A stretch of DNA of 20,000 nucleotides from the NCBI GenBank assembly GCA_038087875.1, contig JAXLNO010000648.1, positions 45,345 through 65,344 of the forward strand, written 5' to 3'. Below, one piece after another: positions 11,801 to 20,000 of the stretch. This stretch comes from Malacoraja senta. Lineage: Eukaryota. Positions within the stretch are counted from its first letter, which is position 1. Each line of letters opens with the position of its first letter. The notes below the pieces were generated by a model. It had not been told where the DNA came from. It searched no databases and worked only from the letters and a program-made list of their open reading frames with translations. Both the position numbers and the translations under genes were made by a program.

Positions 11801-12183
11801 TTTAGTGTTTTTATTTGGACAGAATGGTCATTTAACAAAAATGTTGAAAACTACTTGTGATAGCAGTGCTAACATAGAAAAGTATTCCATGACAATGCAT
11901 GAGTATAAGGCCAGAGAATAAATGACTGGGATGGTAATGTAGCTCACTTCTAATGGGTGTCTTACAGGAAACCAAGGACATGGGAGTCAGAGTTTAGGGA
12001 GGAAATTCAGATTATGCAGGAAATGAGTGGTGAGGCAAAGCAGTGGTCTAAATTAAGAAACAAGTTCGGGGCAGAGCTTTTGATTAGATGGTGATGACGA
12101 TGAGAATGAAGATGCTGGTTGACATATATGGTGGGAAAATTTAGTTATGATAGTGGACGTAATTATTGAAATAGGAATATTAT

Positions 12184-12714
12184 AGGAAGGACATTATAGC
12201 CATAGAGGGAGTGCAGAGAAGGTTCACCAGACTGATTCCTGGGATGTCAGGACTTTCATATGAAGAAAGACTGGATAGACTTGGCTTATACTCGCTAGAA
12301 TTTAGGAGATTGAGAGGGGATCTTATAGAAACATACAAAATTCTTATGGGGTTGGACAGGCTAGATGCAGGAAGATTGTTCCCGATGTTGGGGAAGTCCA
12401 GGACAAGGGGTCACAGCTTAAGGATAAGGGGGAAATCCTTTAAGACCGAGATGAGGAAAAACTTTTTCACACAGAGAGTGGTGAATCTCTGGAACTCTCT
12501 GCCACAGAGGGTAGTTGAGGCCAGTTCATTGGCTATATTTAAGAGGGAGTTAGATGTGGCCCTTGTGGCTAAGGGGATCAGGGGGAATGGAGAGAAGGCA
12601 GGTACGGGATACTGAGTTGGATGATCAGCCATGATCATATTGAATGGCGGTGCAGGCTCGAAGGGCCGAATGGCCTACTCCTGCACCTATTTTCTATGTA
12701 TCTATGTATCTATG
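12184..12714 (+). mobile_element. Young 5'-truncated CR1 (ORF2 C-terminus, 3' UTR and (TATGTATC)n tail)
   Basis: Uninterrupted frame QRRFTRLIPGMSGLSYEERLDRLGLYSLEFRRLRGDLIETYK..WNSLPQRVVEA with a stop at 12613-12615, then a 3' UTR and octamer tail. Confidence 0.95.
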
Positions 12715-12734
12715 ATATGAGAATCGAAGATTTG

Positions 12735-13810
12735 CAGAGTCATAGAAACCAGCCGTTCAGCCCACCACATCTATGCCTACCACCAAACTCCACCTGTATT
12801 AATCGCATTTTCCAACACATGGCCCACAAATTTCTATGATTTTGTATTCAAATGCTCAACTAGCTATTTATTAAATGTTGTATGGACCTCTGTTTCACTA
12901 TTCTCTCAGTCAATATGTTCCAGATTCCAACTTGCAAAAAAGATTCCAGCTTGAAAAAAATCCTCAGAACCCCTGTTCCTTACATTAAATCTCTGCCCAC
13001 AGGTTTGGCACACTTCTGCCAATGGGAAAATGTTCTTGCTGGTTGCTTCAAATTTTGCCCTTTTCATATTACTCATTTCAACAGGAAGGCCCTCAAACCC
13101 AGTCAATCCAGTCTCCTTGTGTTAATGATATGCTCCGTCCCAAGCAATGTCTTGGTTAGTCTCCTCTGCATTCTCTACGATGCAATTAAATCCTTCCTAC
13201 AATGTGGCACCCATAACTGCAGACAGGCTAATCAATGTTTTATGTTCATCCCTGCACTTATATATTTTTTGCTGCAGCTAATCATCTTCTCAAACATAGA
13301 CACAAAGTGCCAGAGTAACTCAGCAGATCTGGCACCATCTCTGTAGAACATGGGTAGGTGACATTTTGGGTCGGTACACTTCTCCTTCTTCGTTTCCTAG
13401 TCCTCCAAAATATTCCAAATGGAATTTAAACTGGAGGTGGTGTTCTCCAGAGAAGCTGGCTGGCCTACTGAGTTACTGCAGCACTTTGTTTTTTGTTTTA
13501 AACCAGCATCTGCAGTTCCTTGTATCTCTATCTTCTCAAACTTATCAGGATTGAATTCTGTTTGCAAATGTTCCGTCCATTTTACCATCTCATCTGTATC
13601 AGCCAAAGACTACTCTCTTTACTATCAACCACATCATATTATTGATACTACCTCCTACATTCACATCTAAATTGATAACATGTATAGCAAACTGAAAGGG
13701 TTTCAGCAACAGTCTCTGAAGGAAAACATTGGTCACAGTCTTCCAATCACAAAGGCAATCCTTGCCCCTCCTATCCCTGCATCAATTTGCTCTGGGTCCC
13801 ATGGTTTATT
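12735..13810 (-). mobile_element. Old, highly decayed CR1 ORF2 and 3' end (interrupted at 13296-13529)
   Basis: Minus-strand remnants KWTEHLQTEFNPDKFE, a CLQLWVPHCRKDLIA-like segment, NIFPLAEVCQTCGQRF and WNL, with a 3' UTR-like end near 12740. Confidence 0.7.
13296..13529. mobile_element. 234-bp fold-back non-autonomous element (probably Penelope-derived) with a 12-bp TSD
   Basis: Exact direct repeat ATCTTCTCAAAC at 13284-13295 and 13530-13541. Imperfect inverted arms of about 49 bp at 13302-13350 and 13441-13489. Confidence 0.75.
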
Positions 13811-14096
13811 GTATGCAAGAGCTTTGGTATTAGTTATCGACTGAAACAACAATTCCATCTACATGCACATGACTCATCTGATGATCGGGGTGAACATACT
13901 GTCTGATAATCTCCTCTCCCTAATCTAGCGGACTTCAGCTGGATTGGATGTGGTAGGCTAGATGCACTCCGGATGGAGAGGTTACACCAGACTAACATAG
14001 GTGAGAATCAGTCCAAGGTAAAGTTGATCAGTTGTGAGGATTATGGGAGATCAGAGAAATATTGGGATTTTGATGTAGAGAGGTTGTATGGGGATT

Positions 14097-15452
14097 CAGC
14101 TAATGTTATCCCACTTTTTAAGAAAGGCGGGAGAGAGAAAACAGGGAATTATAGACCAGTTAGCGTGACATCGGTGAGGAAAATGTTGGAGTCAATTATA
14201 AAAGATGAAATAGCCACACATTTGGATAGAAGTAACAGGATCGGTCCGAGTCAGCATGGATTTACGAAGGGGAAATCATGCTTGACTAATCTTCTGGAAT
14301 TTTTTGAGGTTGTAACTAGGAAAATGGACAAGGGAGAGCCAGTGGATGTAGTGTGCCTGGACTTTCAGAAAGCATTTGATAAGGTCCCACATAGGAGATT
14401 AATGGGCAAAATTAGGGCACATGGTATTGGGGGTAGAGTGCTGACATGGATAGAAAATTGGTTGGCAGACAGGAAACAAAGGGTAGAGATTAACGAGTCC
14501 CTTTCAGAATGGCAGGCAGTGACTAATGGGGTACCGCAAGGCTCGGTGCTGGGACCGCAGCTATTTACAATTTACATCAATGATTTGGATGAAGGGATTC
14601 AAAGTAACATTAGCAAATTTGCAGATGACACAAAGCTGGGTGGCAGTGTGAACTGTGAGGAGGATGCTATGAGAATGCAGGGTGACTTGGACAGATTGGG
14701 GGAGTGGGCAGATGCATGGCAGATGAAGTTTAATGCGGATAAATGTGAGGTTATCCACTTTGGTAGCAAAAACACGAAGGCAGATTACTATCTAAATGGC
14801 ATCAAGTTGGGACAAGGGGAACTACAACGGGCAGTGAAGAAAGCGAATGGCATGTTGGTCTTTATAACAAGAGGAATTGAATATAGGAGCAAAGAGGTCC
14901 TTCTGCAGTTGTACAAAGCCCTTGTGAGACCACACCTGGAGTATTGTGTGCAGTTTTGGTCCCCTAATTTGAGGAAGGACATTCTTGCTATTGAGGGAGT
15001 GCAGCGTAGGTTTACAAGGTTAATTCCCGGGATGGCGGGACTGTCGTATGCTGAGCGGCTGGGCTTGTACTCTCTGGAGTTTAGAAGGATGAGAGGGGAT
15101 CTTATTGATACATATAAGTTTGTTAAGGGTTTGGACACGCTAGAGGCAGGAAACATGTTCCCGATGTTGGGGGAGTCCAGAACCATGGGCCACAGTTTAA
15201 GAATAAGGGGTAAGCCATTTAGAACGGAGACGAGGAAACACTTTTTCTCACAGAGAGTTGTGAGTCTGTGGAATTCTCTGCCTCAGAGGGCGGTGGAGGC
15301 AGGTTCTCTGGATACTTTCAAGAGAGAGCCAGATAGGGCTCTTAAAGATAGCGGAGTCAGGGGATATAATTGGGGATGATCAGCCATGATCACATTGAAT
15401 GGCGGTGCTGACTCGACGGGACGAATGGCCTACTCCTGCACCTATTGTCTAT
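14097..15452 (+). mobile_element. Young 5'-truncated CR1 LINE: reverse transcriptase domain, C-terminus and 3' UTR
   Basis: Open frame with NYRPVS, QHGFTKGKSCLTNL, LDFQKAFDKVPH, GVPQGSVLGP, catalytic FADD (14618-14629) and PHLEYCVQFWSP. The 3' UTR ends CCTATTGTCTAT. No endonuclease domain or ORF1 is present. Confidence 0.97.
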
Positions 15453-16544
15453 AGTATAGAGTTGGTGAAGGAAGTGCACAGAACGAGAGATGTTTCATGG
15501 GTGGAGCGTGCACTGGGGTAAATACTGGTGGGAGGGCAGTTGCAACTAAAGGGTCTTCAGAGTATTTGGCAGAAGGAAGGAAAGTCAGAAGAAGGTATTT
15601 TTATTAAATACTTAACCAGCTGTCGCTACTTTTTTGATGGCTGCTCCATTTTTTCTCAGTGATTATAAAGATGTGTTTAACAGCACTCGGGGCCTTTGGA
15701 GAACTTTGTTCAAAACTTGTATTGTTCGTCTGGTTTTAATCAGTGACAAAGAGCTCTTAATTATTTTCAGATGTAGAACTGCAAATACAGGAAAAAAATC
15801 CTTTGTTTTGTGGTTGGGGATTAAGGTGATTATAAAGAAAAGGATAAGCAATAAACTAGGGGAAAGAGGTACTCTGGGACTGATAGAAAGTGGGCTATTA
15901 TCCTCCAGAATCCAGAATCTCATTAATCATTCTTCAAATACAATCTTTAAATTCATAATCTGCCATCACATTGACACCTGATCAATGTTTAACTGACCTG
16001 TAAATGCTCAGGCAATTTGATCAATTGCTTCTTTCTAAAAGTACATTCAAATGAAAATTAGAAAGTTATGCCATCTTTACAATTCTATATATGTTAACAT
16101 GTTACACTGCTGGCACGCCATACTTATTGCCTATCTACCGGAGAGCACACAGTAGTCTCAACATTTATTGAAGAGAATGCATGTGGAGTCAGGAGTGCCC
16201 CTCCTGGTTTTGATAAAATAACTGTGGGATGCATTTTACTGATGCACAATCCTCTGCGCGACAGCCAGCAAATTCCTCGCAACCATCCACAACCAGAGAA
16301 TGGCAAAATGTAGGTCAATTGTCCAACTCTCTTTAGTTCAAAATTTATGGAACTGCAGAAACAAACAAAAAACAATAGTTCCAACAGAGACAGGGCTATG
16401 GAGGGCAGGTGATCTGGGGAGAAAAAACCATTAGAGAAAGGGCAGGTTTGTTTCAACAGAGACTTGGAGCTGAAAGGAGTGCATGGAATTTAAGAAACAG
16501 CTGTTTCTGAGCGTGAAAGCATCTCGTAGTTTATTAAAGGAAAT

Positions 16545-17075
16545 CAGACACTCTTGGACTGGCCATTTTGGACTAACTGTTTTTGGGAATGGTGCCTGAG
16601 ATGAAGTGTTGTGATTGAAGGTAAGCGCTGAAGTCTAAGCTCGAGAGGCTTCGGCGAGGAGGCTGAATAGAGGGCGAGGCCTTTATAACTTTTCCCTTTA
16701 GTCTTTACGCAGTCGGGATGGCAGTTAGACAATGATATGCTCCTCCTGCAGCATGTGGGAGTTCGGGGAATCTTCCAGTGTCCCTTGACATTACACTTGT
16801 GGAAAATGTGTCCAGATGCAGTTCCTGACTGACTGGGATGCTGAGAGCTTCACAGGTATAAGTTTTAGTGAGGTGGTCTCATGCCTCCGGTGCAGGCAGA
16901 AAGTAGCTGGGTAACTACCAGGAAAGGTAAAGGGAGTTGGCAGGTATACCACTTTGGATTCTGATGGGAGCATGACCATTCAGGAAAAAGCAGCAGCAGA
17001 AATTGGGCCTGTAGCACCAAGACTGACTTTGAGACACTGAGGGGACAGGCAGTTAGGCAGGGCTATGGTGAAAGT
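16545..17075 (+). mobile_element. CR1 5' region: 5' UTR plus the ORF1 N-terminus (CX2C-X16-CX2C zinc finger), decayed
   Basis: ATG at 16718. From 16732 it reads MICSSCSMWEFGESSSVP*HYTCGKCVQMQFLTD, later VQAESSWVTTRKGKG and YTTLDS, which match CR1 ORF1 N-termini as recalled. The upstream leader contains GGCCATTTTG. Confidence 0.72.
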
Positions 17076-17084
17076 GTACTACAG

Positions 17085-17285
17085 GAAGTAATATGCCAAC
17101 CAAATTGGCATTTTGCCTGCATTTGGCTTATAGCCCTCTAATCCCTTCCTATCTGTGTCATAATGGCTTTTAAAAATCACAATTGGATCAGTTTCTATAA
17201 GAGATAGAACTGCCTTCACCACACTGTCCATCTGATTTGTCCCTTTGACGGAACCCTGTACCTGTCTTCCTAGATACTCCATGTT
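17085..17285 (-). mobile_element. Decayed CR1 pieces
   Basis: Minus-strand QVQGSVKGTNQMDSVVKA and FKSHYDTDRKGLEGYKPNAGK resemble CR1 ORF2 thumb and C-terminal segments. Confidence 0.6.
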
Positions 17286-17311
17286 CTGCAAAATCTCCAT
17301 ATTCTGCAATA

Positions 17312-17553
17312 CTCGCCAAATGACAGGAATGAAAAGCCTAAAAGTGTGAGAAAACGATAGAAGAAGTGTGAAATGTGAAGCCAGAAGAAGGAATATAAGT
17401 GGAAGGGGATGGTGAGGGGGTGGGAAAGGGATAAATAGGTACATATCCAGGTGGGGTACAGGGAAGAGAAAGGGAATTGTGGGGTAGGGGGTTGTCTGTA
17501 GGTAGGTTACCTGAAATTGGAGCATTCAATGTCCATACCATTGGATTGTAACT
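17312..17553 (-). mobile_element. Penelope-like element 3' fragment (end of GIY-YIG ORF plus pyrimidine-rich 3' region)
   Basis: 17551-17507 on the minus strand reads LQSNGMDIECSNFR*, similar to the LQPxG(L/M)N terminus of Penelope-like ORFs as recalled, followed by a C/T-rich tract. Confidence 0.6.
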
Positions 17554-17579
17554 ATATCAAATATGATTAACTATCCAAA

Positions 17580-18007
17580 TGGAATAGGTCATCATTTTGT
17601 GTTGCTGTGTATAGGATGTTGACAAGGCTGCATTTGGTGTATTGAGTTCAGTTTTGGTCTTCCTGGTTTTGGAAAGATGCCATTAAGCTGGAAACAGTAC
17701 AGTAAAGATTTATGAGGTTCTTGCCAGGACTCAACATATTGAGGTTTAGGGAGAGATTGGACAGACTAGAACTTTATTCCTTGGTGTTTAGGAGTTTTGG
17801 GGATAATCATACAGAGCTGTATGAAATCATGAGAGACATAGACAGGGTGAAAGCAGAGTCTTGTTCCCAGGGTTATGCAATGTATAACGACAGGGCATAG
17901 TTTAAGGTGAACTAAGAAAAATTAATAGGTATGTATATGGAATAAACTGCCAGTGGAAGCGGTTGAGGCAGGTACAATAACAATATTAAAAGACATTTGG
18001 ATAAATA
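17580..18007 (+). mobile_element. Old CR1 ORF2 C-terminal fragment, cut by the Helitron insertion
   Basis: VQFWS-like and KDAIKLETVQ-like segments, FRERLDRLELYSL and EAVEAGTITILKDI. It stops abruptly at ...GGATAAATA|CTAG. Confidence 0.82.
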
Positions 18008-18058
18008 CTAGACCAAGTGGGACCCGTTGGATCCCTGTCACATGGGAGGCCTGGTCCT

Positions 18059-18150
18059 CCAACGCAACCGGAACCCCAATGCAATATTCCACCACTCGCC
18101 CGTTCTCCCAATGCAACCCAGTCCCCCCAACGCAATATTGCACCACTCAC
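18059..18150 (+). repeat. Two-copy tandem duplication (period about 49 bp) near the Helitron 1 3' end
   Basis: CCAAYGCAACC..CCCCAAYGCAATATTSCACCACTCRC occurs twice. Confidence 0.8.
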
Positions 18151-18329
18151 GTATAGGCCCCAACTGCGCAAGCACGGCTCATTTCCCCTCATCCCCCAGC
18201 ACTCCCTCCCCCTCCTCTTCACCCTCCCCAATCCCTCCCTCACCTCAAACCCCCCCCTTTCCCCTACCCTTAGTCACTCCCTCCATAACTCCTCTCCCCT
18301 CCTATCCCCCACTCCATTCCCCCTCCTCC

Positions 18330-18520
18330 TCCTCCTCTATTCCCCCTCCTCCCCTCCCTCTATTCCCCCCTCCCTCTATTCCCCCCTCCCTCTATTCCCC
18401 CCCTCCCTCTATTCCCCCCCCTCCCTCTATTCCCCCCTCCCTCTATTCCCCCCTCCCTCTATTCCCCCCCTCCTCCTTCTAGTCCCCCCCCTCTATTACC
18501 CCTCCTTTATTCCCCCTCCT
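18330..18520 (+). repeat. Pyrimidine-rich minisatellite, unit about CCTCCCTCTATTCCCC(C), within a C/T-rich tract at about 18185-18680
   Basis: Repeated CTCTATTCCCCC cores at a 16-19 bp period. Confidence 0.9.
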
Positions 18521-19585
18521 CCCCCACTTTCCTCCTCTCCCTCCCCACTCCTTCCTCTCCCTCAATCCCCCCCACTCTCCCTCCTCAGGATCTTTCCCCT
18601 CTCCTCATCCCCTCCATAATCCCTCATCTCTCGCTCCCTCTACTTTCCCCTACCCTCAGTCACTCCCTCCCTCCCTCCATAAAGCAGCATTTGCAGTTCC
18701 TTCCTCCACAGGTCATTCATTGTTAGCTGTGGTTTAGATCCAGTTGACTTGACGATTGGACCAGTTTGCAGAGTGTGTGCGTGCGTGTGCAAACTGCTCG
18801 GCCATCCTGCAACCCGACCTTCCCTCCCTCTGCCCACTCCGTCCCTGTCCGCCCGCCTGCAGCTTTCGCTCTGCCCGTCTATGCCCTGTCCGCCGCTGTT
18901 GCCGCTCGGTCTGTCCCCGCTCGGGCCCGTCCCTGCCTGCCTGCTCGCTGCTGTCACCGGGGAGGGGGGTGGAGTCAGGGTTCGTCACGGTGGCACCACG
19001 AGTTTTGATGAGCTGGTGGAGAGGATCCCCTCCGAGAGGGCTGTGAGGGTGAGTTACCGCAATGGCAGCGGCGGAGGAGACGGACCCGGGGGGGGGGGGT
19101 GGGAGGGGGGGACAGGTAGAAGGTACCGCCATTGCCGCAGAGGGCGGGCGGGGGAGAGGGGTGAGTGATGAGGGAGAGAGACGGGACCAGGGCCTCCACT
19201 GGGCCACCTCCCGTGGCCGCCGCCGGTGGTGGGGGAGACGATAGACAAATTACTGTGAGGAGGGGAAAGAGGAGTTTGTGAGTGAGGCGGGACAGGCCGC
19301 CGCCAGTGGGGCAGGATGGGGCGTCGCCATCCCGGCCGTGGCATTGAATGACAGGAGAAGAGACCAATCTGCTGACTTTAGGAATCTGAGCACGCACGTT
19401 TAAGATTTTTAAACCTCGATAACTTTTACAATATACCACCGATCGGAAGGAAACGTGTTGCACTCGCAGCACAGGAGAACGGTGAGGAACCTGGCAAAAA
19501 TCGTAGCGCTATCGCGTACCGTTTTTGCGCAAATAGGAAAACCCCGCAAACTGGAAGAGTACAAGATCAGAGTTTTAGTTATGTA

Positions 19586-20000
19586 CTAGACCAAGTGCAG
19601 ACCCGTTGGGTCTGGTCCCCGAAAGTGCTTGACACCCAGGGGTGTTGTTCCCGAACGTGATTCAGACCCCGGTGGTGACAATCGGTTGAAAAAAGATGGC
19701 GTCGTTTTAAAAAAAAATCGGAGGGATTCTGGGAAAAAAGATGGCGTCGTTTTCGGCGAAATTCGGCGAAAAAAAGATGGCGTCGTTGTCTTTGAAAATC
19801 GGAGACAATGGGAGAAAATCACATTGGGGTTGGGGGGGGGGGATGGATGACACCCCGGGGTGTTGTTCCCGAACGTGCTTCAGACCCGTTGGTGGAAATC
19901 GACGAAAAAAAGATGGCGACGTTTTTTGAAAAATTCGGGGAAAAAAAGATGGCGTCGTTTTCGGAGTGGCTATTCGTAAAGATAAATGTCATCTCTTTGG
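19586..20000 (-). mobile_element. Non-autonomous Helitron-like element 2 (3' part; runs off the window)
   Basis: CTAG at 19586-19589 is followed by T on the minus strand. A perfect hairpin CAGACCC-GTT-GGGTCTG (19598-19614) lies 8 nt inside. The terminus CTAGACCAAGTG is identical to that of element 1. Confidence 0.75.
19631..19965 (+). repeat. About 218-bp tandem unit containing AAAAAAGATGGCG(T/A)CGTT subrepeats
   Basis: GACACCC.GGGGTGTTGTTCCCGAACGTG.TTCAGACCC occurs at 19631 and 19849. AAGATGGCG occurs at 19693, 19738, 19774, 19910 and 19946. Confidence 0.9.

Larger units (their letters stand above)
18008..19585 (-). mobile_element. Non-autonomous Helitron-like element 1 (about 1.58 kb)
   Basis: The minus-strand 3' end is CTAG (18011-18008) followed by T, with hairpin GGGACCC-GTT-GGATCCC (18019-18035, one mismatch) 7 nt inside. 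The other end reads 5'-TACATAACTAAAACTC, an AT-rich Helitron-type 5' end missing its terminal TC. The interior is GC/CpG-rich with minisatellites and no RepHel ORF. Confidence 0.72.

Noticed and set aside
13973..15379. 468-aa ORF as a host gene or novel reverse transcriptase system
   Set aside because: It is an ordinary 5'-truncated CR1 ORF2. The first 41 or so residues are chance read-in from flanking DNA, and there is no endonuclease, ORF1 or partner gene.
15634..16456. 115-aa, 86-aa and 110-aa ORFs as CENPP or ASPN exons
   Set aside because: No recognisable similarity or domain, and the lengths are compatible with chance.
18740..19560. CpG island promoter of a host gene
   Set aside because: The CpG-rich DNA lies between Helitron-type termini and is better explained as a young element interior. 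Promoter activity is not excluded.
17922..19929. Many overlapping Pro/Ser/Gly-rich ORFs
   Set aside because: They are by-products of GC-rich, low-complexity repeat sequence. They overlap in several frames and have no recognisable domain.
19690..19965. CRISPR-like repeat-spacer array
   Set aside because: The context is eukaryotic, spacing is irregular, the spacers are related to each other, and there are no cas genes.

Overview
Eukaryotic, repeat-rich genomic DNA, probably from a cartilaginous fish such as a skate or ray. This is inferred from the HE1/V-SINE, the dense HER1-like CR1 LINEs and the divergence of the protein. The only host coding exon I can support is the large first coding exon (minus strand, 3092-4023, ATG at 4001) of a class II small leucine-rich proteoglycan that best matches osteomodulin (OMD). 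Its last coding exon was not found and probably lies left of the window. The rest is intron or upstream DNA containing many CR1 fragments of different ages, a tRNA-derived V-SINE, Penelope-like remnants and, at 18008-20000, two abutting non-autonomous Helitron-like elements. I see no clearly new biological system. The best leads are the nested Helitron pair with a YY1-like motif array, an OMD N-terminus lacking the Tyr-rich acidic domain, and a TSD-flanked fold-back element with a possibly decayed hammerhead core. All family assignments are from memory of consensus motifs, not database searches, and old repeat boundaries are approximate.
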